This document shows positions 1 through 15,400 of a stretch of DNA of 64,000 bases, piece after piece. This DNA comes from Eledone cirrhosa (lineage: Eukaryota). Every line of letters starts with the position of its first letter. The first letter of the stretch is position 1. The notes under the pieces are model-generated. The model searched no databases. It was not told the origin of the DNA and saw only the letters and a program-made list of their open reading frames with translations. The DNA lies in assembly GCA_964016885.1 (NCBI GenBank), contig OZ024742.1:49600001-49664000 (forward strand), read 5' to 3'. The translations under genes and the position numbers were made by a program.

Positions 1-1212
1 TTTTGCAAGCTTTCTATGGCTGGATGCTCTTCATATCGCCATAAGCTTACTGTGTGTATTTGGTACGTTTATCATGTAGATTACCAACACTGGAGAGCTT
101 GACACAACTGAAGGTTCCTCTTAACCATTTTGGCATGATTTCTACAGTGGGGCGCTTTTGTTATTTAACAAAACCTATAGGAATATCAGATGTTATTTAT
201 TTAGTTTTAATCCTACTTAATATAACCTTACTAACTTAAGCAGTATATGCAGTATATTTATCCTTGGCATCAATTCACGTTACCTTTAGTTCAATCTATT
301 TTCATAAGTTATAGAGGTCAGCAATCATTTGTGTTTAAAACAGTCATACATTTAAAGTGGAAATATCTATAAAAAAATAAAGGCAGAAAAAAAAACAGAA
401 GCTTTTGCACATTTACCCACTCACAAACATACACCAATTTATTCTTGATCGAGTGTGCACACTCTCTCACACACACACAGCAATATATTCTGTATTATGT
501 GTGCACACGGGCACATCCAGCAATGTATTACATGTGTACAAAATCACACACATCCACATAAACCAATATAATCTTCATTTTGTGTTCACACACAAATGCA
601 CGCATACACCAATTTATTCTGTAATATGTATAACAATAAAATACAAATACATTTACTAAAACATAATGCGATTTTCATGTAATTTTGTTGGAAAGCATTG
701 ACCTTTTTGTCAAAAAAGATTCCAAAGCAAACAAATGTTATTTGTTTTAATGCACTCTATATACGTTTTTTCTCTGATTCGTACACCATTTCTCTATGTT
801 ACCACCAATAGTGATGATGATAGGGTTTCTGAAAATTTTGACATTTACATATTATTGGACATTTTGTTTGTACTATAGAATGCCATCCCATCCTCTAGCA
901 TCCACTTAGTTAATGAAATATGAGAGGGTACCTATTACTAACCAGACATTGAACCAGAGATTTTTTATGCAATACAATGAGTTTGGTAAGGCTTTAAATT
1001 TAGAATATGTATCTAGTTGTTCAAGTTTTTAACTTCACAGCTACAGCCACTATGCATCTTCAGCATTAGCATCTTCATTATATGTATGCTTTCTTTGGTG
1101 GTATGAGTTGGATAAGTTGCCACAGTATGTTGCACACTGAGGGCAGGTTTGAACTTGATTACTTGTGAAACATTTTTAACAGAATAAATGTATGTGAAAT
1201 TGATTCTGGTTT

Positions 1213-1256
1213 TATATATATATATATATATGTGTGTGTCTGTGTGTGTGTATTGA

Positions 1257-1338
<82 letters not shown>

Positions 1339-1590
1339 CATGTATGTGCATGTAGATATATATGTATGTGTGTGTATGTATGTGCATGTATAGATATGTG
1401 TGTGTGTGTACATTTATGTGCATGTATATATATATATATATATATATTTATGTGTGTGTATGTATGTGCATGTATATATATATGTGTGTATGTGAATGTA
1501 TATATACATATATGTGTGTGTGTGTGCATTGACATATGTATATAAGTGTATATACATTTATGTGCATGTATATATATATATGTGTGTTTC
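1213..1590. repeat. Compound (TA)n/(TG)n microsatellite
   Basis: Seen directly. Similar tracts lie at 1898-1985, 11625-11880, 16150-16203, 23575-23765, 24205-24520, 27893-27945, 32325-32600, 34587-34770, 39318-39423 and 52815-53075. Confidence 0.97.
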
Positions 1591-1895
1591 ATGCTAGTGG
1601 GACTAAAATGATTCAGTAAATTCGAAAAATTACATTGATTTGTAGAGCAGACATTTATAAATTATTGTAATATTGTTATTGCATTGAAAAAAAGATGAAT
1701 TACATTGCTAAAAAATTAAAATTTTTATTTAATTGAACTTTATACTAATGAATTTAACAGACATTCAGTCTTGCCGAATAATGAAAGCCTGCAGCATTGG
1801 AAGGATTATCAATGCTGGCTTACCATGTCTTTTCCATTAGTTGTAACAGTTCAATTTAGAATCTTTACCTAGTCTGTATGTTTACTTTGGGAGAG

Positions 1896-1990
<95 letters not shown>

Positions 1991-3389
1991 CATTCCAAAT
2001 TAACGATAAATTATGAAGTTTATCATGGGAATTTGCACATCCTGTTTCACCAATTTGAAACTTAGGAAGGAAACTAATCATCAGTAAAATTTGTTTTTGC
2101 TTCTGATGTCTGTAAAACACTTGAACCAGGCAGAAGGAGAAATGAAAGGGTCTCTCCTGAAATTAATGACATGAAAATAATATAGAGAGATTCTGTTTCT
2201 TTTAAAACATTCATTTCTATAGTTAGAAAATATACATGCTGTGTCTGTCATGATTTTTATGTTAAAATTTATATTAACATTTTCAAGCTGCAGTTAGAAA
2301 TAGAATCAAATTCTTCATTATTAATAATTGTGACAGTTGATTAGCCTTTCAACAAGTAATATTCCCGAATATATTAGTTAGTTTAACTCACAGTAATTAA
2401 GGCTATAATTAAAGTTTTGTATTTCCAAGAGACGTATATATTTAATTTCAAAGAACTGAAAGAATTTAATAAGTATCAATTCTCTGTATAAAGACGTTGA
2501 TATTTGAAAGAATTTTAATTTGGAACTCATTTTTTCTTGTCAAAACAGACAGTAGTTTGTTCCGTATGAATTATTCAGCATGATCTATTGAGCATTTACA
2601 GACTCTACAAACACTGCTTGCTGGACGTTGCGTTACACTATAACATCAAGTGGTAAATCAATGAATATTGTAAATATTTAACCCTTTATATACGAAATCA
2701 TCTGAAACCGTCCCTGGTTCCATTTTTAATATGGTAACAAATGAGTAAAACTATTTCTATATGTGCATGGTTACTGTTTTGTATTTTTCCTGTTTACATG
2801 TTTAGAATTGTTTCTTCACATTTCTGTCTTTTTATATATAACATTGGAACAAAACAAATTTTGCATTTATTTTTACTATTAAGCCCTTAACTTTGCCATA
2901 AAGGTGAAACCTATGATAATCAGAGTGAAGTAGAATGACTGTGGTAAGATTTCAAATTGGTACTAACTCCAGTAACTTAAATGTACAGCCACCACTCTTA
3001 ATAAGGCAATTTCAACATGGTGAGTTGAATTGCTAAACAAAAACCAATCAAATCTCCTATCCCCAAAACAAAAATCACAGACACCTATCTTGAGAAAGGA
3101 AAGATACATTGCATACCTTAGTTTGAGAAGTACAACCACCATTCCTGAAACAGTATAATCTACATGGTGAGTTGAATTTCTAGAAATAAGTCTTATGCCC
3201 CACATTTGCAATCCTCAAAGAAAAAAAAACAACAACAAACAAAAATACAATCTTACCTATTATCTTCAGAATGGAAAGTGGTATAGGATAATATAGTCCC
3301 AGATCTAATTCTAAAACAAAGGCATAGCTATGCCTTTGATTATAATAGGTCTGGTCAATAAAGACTGTCCTGGGGCTAAACAACTATAA

Positions 3390-3830
3390 GTTTTATGACA
3401 AGCCAATGATGGAAACTCTATGTGAAGACTTGGAAAACCTTCCCAACATGCACTTGAAATCATGCAAAGCATTCTGGGAATCAATGAAGACCCTTCAAGA
3501 CAATAACTTTGATCTGATGGAAGAGTGGTGAAGATCATAGAATGAGTCCAAATTTTCCTACCAAGAACTCGTCCAGGACTTCACATCTAAACCATCCATT
3601 TAGACCTTCCTAGAAAGCAACAAATGTCCCTCAATCAGATCCACACTTCACATGACAAAACAGCTCATCATCTCCACCGATGGAAAATGACAGCATATGA
3701 CTGTGGGGACCCTGACCTGACAGTACTGCATGTGGTTTGGGATTGCTCCCTCAGACTTTTTCCTGGCAGCCGGGAGGCTATCCGTAAAACTACAAATGAT
3801 GCTTAAGTCTGGCTCACCAATCTCAATCTG
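3390..3830 (+). mobile_element. Degenerate LINE C-terminal fragment (Ingi/Vingi-like Cys/His domain)
   Basis: DLPRKQ..SLNQIHTSH..LHRWKM..DCG....TVLHVVWDC matches the LNRxRTG..W..CxC..H...C pattern of I-group LINE C-termini. The clade assignment is tentative. Confidence 0.55.
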
Positions 3831-5510
3831 TTTCTCTAAATATTGTGCATATATCATACAAGAAGAACACCTGCTAACAGTAGCTAAACCTCTCTTAAAT
3901 CAAACCATAACATTGCATAATGTAAACTTTAGATAAAAATAATGAGATGTTCACCAATAGAATGCCTTTCAGACATAGATCTGCTTGTTTAAGGCTGACC
4001 TAGGGCTAAACAACAAAAACTGGTATTAAATAAATATGTCATAAAAATTGATTGTTTACTTAGATGCATTGTAAAAGATTTAGAAATATAAATTATGAAG
4101 CGATTCCACTAGTGGTAGTATGGATCACGAGGAAGATTGGTCTTGTGATTCTATTTTTATTGGAAATAATATAGAAAAGGGAAAAGAAGATTGTAAAATT
4201 CAGAACATGAAAGCTGCCTTGGCAATCTCCTTATCAAAGCTTTCATTAAATCAATCTTAATATTACCAACCTAAATTTGTTCAATTTTCTTAATGGATTT
4301 ATCAGTTTGAAGACCAATAACTTTATAGGTTTATTTAAATCCTTTCTGAAAAGTTCAAACATGCAGTAAAAGGAACTGGGATTTTACCAACTTTATTTAA
4401 TTCATTTACCAACAGAAAAACAAAAAAATAAAACCAGAATTAATGGAACATCTTATTGCATAGAAATCCATAAAGGTGAATAAAATCTATTTTGACTTTA
4501 TATTTCTTTTCTATGAAATAAAACGAAGTTGTTTTTTATCCCCAGGTTATCGTTGATGAAAGCAGAGCAATAATTAAATCATTCCAACCATGACAATCTT
4601 CTCATATTTTTACAGAATATATACCAAACCATCATTATTCAATGTGCCCTCCACTTTTAAGATGCTAATGCAACTTAGTTTTCCCATATGTTTGACTTTA
4701 CCCTTCTGTGACCACATTTCTCAAAAAATATATTGAATGTGTTTTATAATTCATTTAGAAAATAATCAACAATTTGAAGGGATTTAGTAAAAGCACTTTT
4801 TCCCTTTAAGTTGATGGGTTGGGATTAAGAAGTGTTAGGTGATTTTTTACATTTGTACTGCCTACCTTGGGAATGAAAAAATAGCTCCCATTTTTATAGT
4901 TGTTGTTGTTGTTGTTGTGTGTAGTCTGTAGAGACAATAGATTATTTTAAAATAAACTGCTATTGAGCTCACTGTTTGAAACTTAATATGTCTCAGTTTT
5001 ATTTTGCTATGGGACATTGGAAGGATACTTACTGAAAACGAAACTAACCATGCTTAACTGACAACCTTATCAAGGTGATTAGACACGCTATGTTTAAGCC
5101 AAAAGCAACAGCTGTTAAATATGTTTCTGAAGGTTGTTTGTTGTTTTTTTACTGAAGCCTATGTCTCTATAAGTAGCTTCAGAATGCTTTATAGTCATGG
5201 GTATATTTGTTCACAAACAGATACTCTATTTGTACAATAATTCATATGTGTAACCAACTCTGTTCTATTTGTTATTCATCTAAATATCATCAACACCACC
5301 ATCATCATCATAATTTTACATTCATTTTTCTGCATTTGCGTGGGTTGAATGGGTCTTTCTCAGCATAGCTTCTTTCCATCAACAGCATCCCCTCATCAGC
5401 CCCTCGATGAGGTTCAGTGTTTTAAGATCTCCACTGACTGCTTCTGTATAAAAATATAGACATTATTATTTATTTGTTTGTAAGAGAAGGTATTTGTGTA
5501 TACTAATTAT

Positions 5511-5568
5511 TGTTTCTACTTTAGGCACAAGGCCAGCAATTACCCAGTGCATTACTGGTACTTTATTT
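5511..5568 (-). mobile_element. Severely 5'-truncated SINE family A with 20-bp TSD
   Basis: Only the SINE 3' end is present. TSD TATTTGTGTATACTAATTAT at 5491-5510 and 5569-5588. Confidence 0.85.
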
Positions 5569-5692
5569 TATTTGTGTATACTAATTATGTATGTATATAA
5601 GAGCAGCACAATGGAATCTGTTGAATCAAGGAAAGTATTTGAGTTATAGAACAATCATGGGAAAAATGCAACCCATTTGGCCATTTGTTTAA

Positions 5693-5909
5693 TGTGGATT
5701 GGCAGAATTATTAGTACAGCAAGCAAAATGCTTTGCAGTTTTTGATTCAGCTCTCTACATTTCTGAGTTCAAATCTCACCAAGGTCAACTTTGCTTTTGA
5801 TCCCCCTGGGGTCAATAATATAAAGTACCAGTCAAGTACTGGCATACATTTAAACGACCTTCATCTCAGTTTAAATTACTGGCTTTGTGTCTAACTTAGA
5901 AATCATTAT
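5693..5909 (+). mobile_element. SINE family A, older long variant
   Basis: TTGGCAGAAT, GAGTTCAAATC, AAAGTACCAG and tail AGAAATCATTATT. Confidence 0.8.
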
Positions 5910-6594
5910 TTAAAATATTTTCTCTAAAGTATCCATAGAGCTTAGAATTAAATATATATTGGTTCATGTAATGCATAATTATTTCTAAGTGTAAATTAGG
6001 CCAATGAGATTATAAGACATCTATTCTGGGAATTGTTTGGGTTTAAATTATAATATTCATGTCGTTATAATTCCTGCTTTCTGAGATTTTATTTTTGTTT
6101 TGTAAGAGAATTTCATATAGATTGAAATCCCTTAAGACTACATAGCTCATAGCTTGCAGCTGAAAAGAACAAAATCAAAAACAACAACAATAGCATCTGC
6201 ATTAAACAAAAAAAAAAACATACGCAAAACTTCACCAAAATACAAATAGGACAATAAACTGAACATATATCAAATGGTAGAGAATATTTTGTTTTTTGTG
6301 TAAGTTGATGGTTATTATGCATTTTGCAACAAGCTAATTTGATCGGTACATTATGAAAATGCAGAAAGTAACTGCTGCAAGGCATCACTGCTTACAATTG
6401 TAGGAGGGAGAAAAAACACATTCATAAAATAATGAAAATAGATATTTCTAATAAGTTTGCAGTCACTTGCCTAATTACATCTTTGTCTCTTTCATCCAGT
6501 TAGAGTGTCTCTGTAGATAATGCTTCCGCCCACCATACTACATACTCCCCTTATTTAATATATATATATACCCTTCTATATATCACTGCCTGCT

Positions 6595-6885
6595 TTTCTT
6601 ACATTGTTTCTGGCTCTCTTATTTTCCCTCCTTTATTTCTCTTCTCTCTCCTTTCTTTATGTCTCTGTTCTCTCTACCACTCTTTTCTCACTTTTTTTAT
6701 CATTATCTTTTCTCACTCTCTCGTTTGTCTTTTGCTCTTTATTCTCTCTTCTCTCTCACTTTATTCTCTCTTCTCTCTCTCTCCTCTTATTCTCCCTTCT
6801 TTCCCTCCCCTCTCTCTTACTCTTCTCTCTCTCTTCCTCTCCCTTCCTGACTCCATATATCACCATCCCTCCCCCTCTTTCTCTA
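6595..6885. repeat. Polypyrimidine (CT-rich) low-complexity tract
   Basis: Degenerate (CT)n/(CTT)n on the + strand. Confidence 0.9.
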
Positions 6886-8164
6886 TTCTGGTTCACTTTA
6901 GTCTTGAAGACTTCCCAAGTGGGTGAGAAATGAATTATTTTCTGACAAATGTATAAAATACAACAAAAACAGAAAAGCAAACAAGCTAAGAAATAGCAAT
7001 AAAACATAAGAAAAATGAATATTCAAATAAAACAAGCACGTACTCACACTATCTTCACCACCACCACCACCATCATCATCATCATTGTCATATTTATTTA
7101 TCTATTTATTTTTCTATTTCTGAATAACATTTGCACCTCTCCCCCAACTCTATCAGCATCACTGGAACTCATTACCATTTCTTTCTAATTACTTCAAGTA
7201 GGGTATTCAATCTTATGCTATAATTAAAAGAACAGTGACTGAATCTTTTAATGAATATACTTGTGTATTGAATTGGACTTCAAAAAATAAAAAGCAGGAT
7301 TTTGGTAAATATGATAAAAATAAAATTAACGTACTATTTCACATATACATATCACATACCGCAAATGCACACATGTGCACAAACATTAGACTTACACACA
7401 AACATGTACACCAACATGCATACATGCAAAAACGTACTTCCACATACAAAGTTACATACAGTTTATTATTAAACCAGTAGATCATTAAAGGATATTTTAT
7501 TTATCTAGCCAATACTTTCTGGAAGTGGTTCGGGTAGGAAAGTAATTTTCCATTGCTTATATCACAAATTGTAACATTCCAACTGTATTTGGCTCTCAAC
7601 ACACACCAGTTTGTTCATTAAAACTATAGATATACTAAATTTTAAATCATCTGAATGTATGTATAGAAAAGGAAACCATATTTTAATGTATGAAAGGAAT
7701 TCTGCATTTCATTGAACACCCAATACACACTGTAAATGTGGTTGGCGTTAGAAATGGCATCCAGTCATAGAAACCAAGCCCAAATCAGTTCTGTATGAGC
7801 AAGACAGGGTCACCTGATCAGGTTTGTCTCACAACGGGACAACTAAATATCTTTCTAAAGATACCTGAAATAATACAAACTATTTTTCACAGTTAAAGAG
7901 TATATTCCTGCTTTAGCAATAATCTTATAAATGAATATTATCACATTGTTTTGATAATCTTCTAAAAAATGCCTTAACGTGACATATTATATTATCATTT
8001 ATAAAAATGTAAAAGATGTTTGTATGGAAGCTGAAGTGACAGAAGTAGTAACAAAACAAAGTAAAGATTTAATGATTCAGTTATTCTTCAATATTCTGAG
8101 TTACAAAATTCTGCTGTTGATAACTTTGTATTTCGTATTGTTTACATAAACATGATAAGCCAGT

Positions 8165-8312
8165 AAGTTGGCAGAGTAGTTAAAATGGGGGATAGAATAC
8201 TTTGTGGCATTTGTTCCAGTTTTCTGTGCTCTGGGTTCACATTCTGCCGAGATCAACATTGCCTTTGATCCTTTTGAGGTTGATAAAATGAATATAAGTC
8301 CAGTACTGGGGT
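8165..8312 (+). mobile_element. Degenerate SINE family A
   Basis: TTGGCAGAGT..GGGTTCACATTCTGCCGAG..GCCTTTGATCC..GATAAAAT. Confidence 0.65.
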
Positions 8313-9369
8313 CTATTCTTTCTCCATATCTCTATTTCAATTTCTCTCTATCATAATCTTTCTTTCTCTGGAGTAAATTGGTTGTGTTCAGACCTAGAGG
8401 GGAAATAAACTCTGCCAGGTTTTAAAAATTCCCATGAAATACTGTATGTCACTATGACATCCCTTGAACTCTACCAGGAGTTATGTGTAAAAAATGAAAG
8501 TAATATAAATATGAATAAGATTGTATTCATCAATGTATTCAACTCTACTACGATTCCACTATATTTGTGCTTTTGTTGTATCCTTCAATGCTGTGTATTG
8601 GATTCACTTGTACTATATATCTCTTACCAGCAACAACATTTATTATTCACTTTATGACTATATATGGTTTATTCTAGAGTAAAAATAATGGAAACATATC
8701 CAAGCATAGAAAAAGAACAATGGAATCATTTTTGTTAATCAATAATGTATGACAGATTTAAAATTGCTTTCTCATTTGAACAGATGAGCAAGTTTTGTAA
8801 GAGAATGGTGTATGTATATGTAAATATGTAACTCCCAATGGAGCTGTAAAGGGAGACATCCTAACATATGGTGCATCTTGGGTACCTTAAGCCTGGCAGA
8901 ACCCAACCTCTCTCCAGCTATGAACACAGCCAACTTCTTGAAGTGAAGGAGAGAGAGATGTAGAGGAAGCAGTCTACTTCAGCACTGGACTGCTTTATGT
9001 CTCACTCTCCAATTGTAATTGATAGCTATATTACTAGCCTCAGATGGATAAAATACAATGTTCACACTTGCAGCATTTAAACAGATATCATTGCATAATG
9101 CAGTTCACTATTCTAGGTTGCTATCATTCCTGCAAGGTAATCTACACATTCCTTGAGTAGACCGCCAATGCTACTATTATAGAAGAAGATAATTTGTTTT
9201 ACATATAAAGAGAAATATTAAAGATAGGGTAGTCTGCGTAGTTTTTTGAGTGGATTAACCCATTCATTATCTAATGAAACACATAGCCAATGATTTTTGA
9301 AAATATTTGAAAAGTCAGAGAGAGGGATTTAGTTATATAATCAACGTTCTGATTATTAAACTAGTGTTA

Positions 9370-9578
9370 GGGCGGCAGATTGGCAGTATCGGTAGAAGGT
9401 CGGACACCATGCTTTGCAGCAACCATGCTTTGCAGCACAGAGTTATGTCCTTTTTCGGACTGAGTTCAAATCCCGCTGAGGTTAACTTTGCCTTTCATCC
9501 TTACGGGGTCAATAAAATAAAGTACCAGTAATGTACTGGGTAATTGCTGGCCTTGTGTTAAAAGTAGAAACAATTATT
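9370..9578 (+). mobile_element. SINE family A with 17-bp TSD
   Basis: Same motifs as the 32952 copy. TSD ATTATTAAACTAGTGTT at 9352-9368 and 9573-9589. Confidence 0.9.
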
Positions 9579-9817
9579 AAACTAGTGTTTGGAACATTGC
9601 ATAACAAAGCTTCCTGTTTTAAATCATGATGGAGATTTTTTAGAAATATATAAACATTTTAAAATAAAGAGCTTAGTATCAATCAACTAGAACAAGGTGC
9701 AGTTTCAGCAGTTTCATAAAAAGAGTTTAGATAATTCTTTCATGGTGAATAGTACATTCCATTGAATACCCCATATTCCAGCCTTGCGCTCTAGTTTTGT
9801 TAGTGGTTCTGGGAGGA

Positions 9818-10015
9818 TGATTTCTAACTTAGGCACAGGTCAGCAACTTGGGCAGAGTAAAAATTCAATTAACTCTAGTATTTAACTGATACTGTATATC
9901 ATTGATATTGAAAGAATGAAAGGCAAAGTTGACCTCAGCAGAATTTTAACTCAGAATGTAAACTGCCGGGACAAATACAATGAAGTCTTTTGTCTCATGC
10001 TCCAATGAATCTGTT
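9818..10015 (-). mobile_element. Degenerate SINE family A
   Basis: Reverse motifs ATGAAAGGCAAAGTTGACCTC and TTAGGCACA. Confidence 0.7.
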
Positions 10016-11194
10016 GAAGATGAAATTTTACCCAAGTAACCAGCTAGTAGGATTTGAACGCATAATATAAAGACACATAACTAAATACTTCAACACAATC
10101 TGACTTTCTAATGTCTCTACTCTTACCTAATCTATATGAAAACCTGATAGTTGCAATACCATCGTAATATATGTGAAGAATTTTCACACGTAATGAGGCA
10201 TGATATTTTGCAATGATATCATTTCTTAACTTCATCAAAAATGCCTTCTGAAGGTCATAGATGTTTCCAAATGACAGGAAATGTGAGTGAGTGTGTGAGT
10301 GATATACATGTACATGTATGAATGAATGTGTGTGTGTTTACACGTCCAAGTGCATGTATAAGGGGATTTGTGTGCTTGTGTACTACAAGTATAGAAATGA
10401 GTAGATGTGTTTATATTTGGAATACATTAGCATGGATATATCTCTTAAGACTTCTACTTTTGATATGCTTATTCATACATCTTCATCACTTATGAACATT
10501 TCTTTTATCAACTCTTACCTCTATGTATCTTTACTTGTGTGTGTTTGTGTATGTGTGTGTGTGTGATAGTGTGCCTGCATATATGTCAATATTGAAACTT
10601 TATGGTAAACATGTTAGATTTACGTGCCTGACTTCGATTTGATTTAGAGATGTCACAGATTAAAGAGGACCTTTTAGCTTTGCAGGGAGGAAAGCAATTG
10701 CTCATGCAACATCAATAAAATCCATGCAGTACTCTGAAATAGTTTGGCAATTGACCAAAGATTACATATAAAAGAAAAGTTTCTTTATCCCTGTCAAAGA
10801 CATGATAACATCTCTAGTGCTGATTCCACAATAATATGTAGCCAATACATTTTATTAAGAGGTTGATGTTATGAAAGGCATCCCATAATAGAAACTATAC
10901 TAAAAATGGAATGTAAAATCAAGGAGACTGTCCTCCAGCATGTCTAGAATGACAGTCACTCTGAATAAGTGAACTGACTCAGATTAGATTAACCCAGCCA
11001 AAGAATAACAGCATGGACTAGGGGACAGAAAACTATATTATGTATATATATATATATAATATATACACACATTTATTCCCTATTGAATCGTAATGGCATC
11101 ATAGTGATGCACAGCTTGATTTAGGCATTTAACCCTAAGCAACCCATCCCTCTCCCAATCTAATCTGATGATTTTTTCCAAAGAGAGAGAGACA

Positions 11195-11335
11195 TATCAG
11201 AGTAGTACTGAACTTATCAGCCTTAAATGAATGAAAGGAAAACTTGACCTTGACGGGATTTGAACTCAGACCAGAAAGTTGGAACAAATACCACAAAGAA
11301 TTCTATCTGATGTTCTAATGATTCTGCCAATTCAA
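11195..11335 (-). mobile_element. Degenerate SINE family A (5' part)
   Basis: GGGATTTGAACTCAGA..GATTCTGCCAA. Confidence 0.7.
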
Positions 11336-12139
11336 TACCCCCTCTCTCTTTCTTTCTGTATACATACTAATTCCATAGATGCAGAAATATACAGATGTAT
11401 TTGCATGTTTATCATGAGTAGACTATTTCCAGACAGGTAGCCATGTTAACACTAATTAGTGTGTTTCAGTGTTGTTGCTTCATTATATTTCTTAAACACA
11501 TCATTAGTGGTTTATTCAACTGAAACAATCCCCCAAAATCAACTGCTTCTGTTCAACTGTAGAAATTACATGCTGCTTGAATATGTTTCTCAACAGTATA
11601 TTTATTTTAAACATGCACAGACATAGATACATACATATATATATTCATGCATACATATACATACATATATAGATACATACATGCATATATACATACACCC
11701 ACACCTACATATATATACACATACATTAATACATACATATATATATATACATACATACACATGAACACATATACATACATACATACACATATACACATAC
11801 ATACATGCATATACACAAATGCACAGATAGATATGCATACATACACATACATACATACACTCCCATATATTTACATTCATGCAAACACACTTATATATGT
11901 TCTAAATATTTTGACTTTGATAACAATTTGTATACAGATGTGTAGACTTACAAACGTGTCTATGTTCACATACTTAATTCAAAATATACAGATCTGAGTA
12001 GGAAATGTATCACATATTTGTACACTATCGTACATGTCCAAATTCATATGTATGTGTGTATACATGCATGTACACACACATGTATATGCACACATGCACA
12101 CACACACACACACACACACATGCCTACACACACATTCAT

Positions 12140-12480
12140 GGAATGGCATGAGCCTCTGTTGGTTTCAACAATGATTGTTCTAGTTGTCTAATTAACAGTA
12201 CACCTTGTTCATGAAAATAACTTGTAAGTGGCTGACCATTCAATAAATACTTGTGCTCTTAATGTAATTCTTATTGAGATTAATCATGACACAGTGTGTG
12301 ACAAAGCTGGCCCTTTAAATAACAGGTATAATCAATTCAATGATCTTCAAAACACTTTATGTCTACCCAATCTCCCTCACAAGACTTGTCAACTTAAAGC
12401 TATAGTAAATGACACTAAACCAAGATTTTGCACAATGAGATCAAACCTAGGTTCTAATGGTTGTGAAATAAACCTCTTAG
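12140..12480 (-). mobile_element. SINE family B, degenerate
   Basis: TGACACAGTGTGTGACAAAGCTGGCCCTTT is the reverse complement of the 43057-43087 motif. Confidence 0.6.
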
Positions 12481-15400
12481 AAATGTGTCCATGCATCATC
12501 TTCATACATACATACAGAAATAGATGGACAGTCAGGCAATCAGACAGCAAAATAAATAAAATTACAAGTAGTATACGTTTGTACATTGCTATGCTCCATT
12601 TTCTACTTTTATTATAATAGGTTATGTAAACATGAACTCAGCCCTGAGTAATGGTGTTTCTTGTAAACTATTCAAGTATTATTGATGGGTTTGACACCTG
12701 TAGATACACACACATTAGTAGTGAATTAATAAATGTTTAATGGTCAGGGTTGAAATGGGGAGATATTGGCTCAAATGTAGCCACTACTCTTCTAACTAAC
12801 CATTCGTTGAGTCTTTATGCTCTCTTCGAAATAAATAGTTTCCATTGTCCATAACTTGTCTTTGGACCCAATTTACTGTTAGGGTTGACTCTCTTGGTCT
12901 CTGACTCGACACAGGCAGTGAAGGTTTATACTTGGATTTGTACATCTCCTAATCTGGCTGCCTTCCAAAGGTGCCAAGTCCAGACCAGCCACCTAGTGGG
13001 AATGTAGTGACTGTTATCATGCTCTTAGTCCACTGTCTAGAATATATTCTAAACTCAAGATCATCATCTTCAGCAGTGACATTATTGCCATAACTGTAAC
13101 CAAGGCCACCACTATTGTGGTCATCCCCACCTCCATCATCATCACCACCACCAACACTATTACTACCACTGTTACCAAAGCCCCCCCCCCCCTCCACCTT
13201 TTACTTGGCATTATTTTGTCATTATCTATGTTATTATCACCATAAAAAATACATTATCTATTTTTCAAACACAATTTAAACATATTTACTTCCAGTTATC
13301 TGCACCGTAGATTTATCAAAATTAACTGAATAGGCTTTGTCAAAACTAATTGTTTGACATGCCTCTTTTCTTCTATTAGTTATTGTTTATTCCATTTATG
13401 ACACTTCCCTGTGGCATTCATGTCATGTTGCTTTGACAGCCCTATTCTATGCTTTATCTATCTATATATATATATAAATATATTCATTCTTTATAAGAAT
13501 GAATATATTTATATATATATCTATCTACTTCAATGTCAAGGACATTGTAAGAAAACTGTTGTTGTCTTGAAGAAATATAAAAGTGAAACAAAATTCCAGT
13601 TCTCAGAATTCTCAGTTTCTTTGTTTTAAATTGTGTTAAAGACAAAACAACCTTCTGAGTGGTTTTGTTATAACGTGCACTTACTAGAGCCGGGATTGTA
13701 TGTAATTAAATTATGAACTCCCAGCTTTTCCGAGCACTCAGTTTAGACACACATGTAAGCAAGATACAACACCTTCTGGCTCATTCACGTGGTCTGTAGC
13801 GTCTCTTGAGTACTGGTCCAGTCTAATGATGACCTGTACAAGCCTTGCTAGTAGAAAAATCCGATGATGAAGATGGAAATTTTGTATAATTAATTGACTC
13901 AGTTGCATGTGGTCATGAGATTTTTCAGATAAATGGCAACTTTCTTATATTTTCTACAGTGTATATCACAACTTTATATGAACCATTCTGGAAATTGCTT
14001 TTAATGTCCATCTCTTATTTATTATCTGTAATTGGTGCTGTCAAAGTTAAAGCTTATATTAGGTGTTTAAGAAAGAACATACATAAAAACCTACTCAGCT
14101 AAAATCTAAATATATTAAATATTTATTAGTTTTCTTAGCCAGTGTGATCTTGTGAAGTAAGTTTCTAACTAAATTTTGAGGACTTTTAAAAATAAAACAG
14201 TAACTGCATTTAGTAATGATGATGAATAAAGACTAACATTTTTTTTTCAAGTTATTTTTCATAAAACATATAAAGATAATCTTTTCAGCTTGCAATTTCT
14301 TCCACCACTTCTAATAATGTCATAACAATAAAAAAAAAAAGTAGGCATGAAAGATATTGTATGTCATTGTATACATTCAGTGAACAGCAGTCTTTTATTC
14401 CATGGCTTGACAATAAAGCTGATAGAGAATATAAATGAATTACATAATTACATGGGAATTCATATTGAAATTATTAATTAATTACTGAGTTTACAAAGGG
14501 ACTGAAGTCAAGACAAGTCAAAATAAAGACACTATAAAGAAATAAAGAAATTGTAAAATAAATAACGAGAAACATTATTCCTAAAGGGATATTTACTGTC
14601 GTATTGTGTATGTATGATACTATTGAATGTCTGTAGAAGTGAAATATAGCTATTTTTTCAGGGTTATTATTGGTTTATTTTGAATACTTCAGTTTATTGT
14701 AGATCACGGTGAATTCTCACTTATATCTTTTACTTTTTTCCATTGTTCTCCATGTTTCAACTGCTTTTTTTCTTACCTTCTTTTATCCATACAGCTTCAT
14801 TTTGTTCAATTCATATATATTTGTGTTTGTGTGTGTGTGTGTATGTTTGTTCTTGCATGTGTATAGAGATATATATGTATATATGTACACCTTAGCAAAC
14901 AAGTGATAAACATACATACACACAAACATGGACACACATTTATGCTCACGTTCATTGAAAAACACATACTGATACAGATACGCAATTTTATTGATCTATT
15001 TCTATATAGAAAATAAAAGAGAAAGCAATAGAGAAAAAGGCTTATCTGACATTATCCAATAAAGGTGATTCTTTGATTCTTTGAAAAGGACTTGTACAAA
15101 AAAGACTTATATAGGATTATTGTGGTGTCTTCTTTTACTCCTATGAAGTTTGCTTTTATTACTTGTCTCACCTTAATATCAAAAAGCTTTCTTTGACTGA
15201 TTCTAAAACCGTTTGCCCCTAAACTGTTCTCTTGGGAAAATAAACTAAGGAAATTGGTGTTTTCCTCACACAAAAGATATGTAAAGATTTCTTTGTAGTT
15301 TTTATGAAAAGTATATCTGAAGTCTTCGTGACATTTAAACATTAAAACATTGAAAAGGCACAAAGCAAAGTACTCATCCTAAATGTGAGAGAGGACAGAC

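Noticed and set aside
1013-1592. YI/HT/CV-rich ORFs here and at 11602, 23486, 24083, 32284, 34468, 39184 and 52818
   Set aside because: These are translations of (TA)n/(CA)n microsatellites.
6604-7007. Leu/Ser/Phe-rich membrane-like ORFs
   Set aside because: Artefact of a CT-rich tract.
12949-13211. Gly/Asp-rich ORF
   Set aside because: Derived from (CAT)n/(CAC)n low-complexity sequence.
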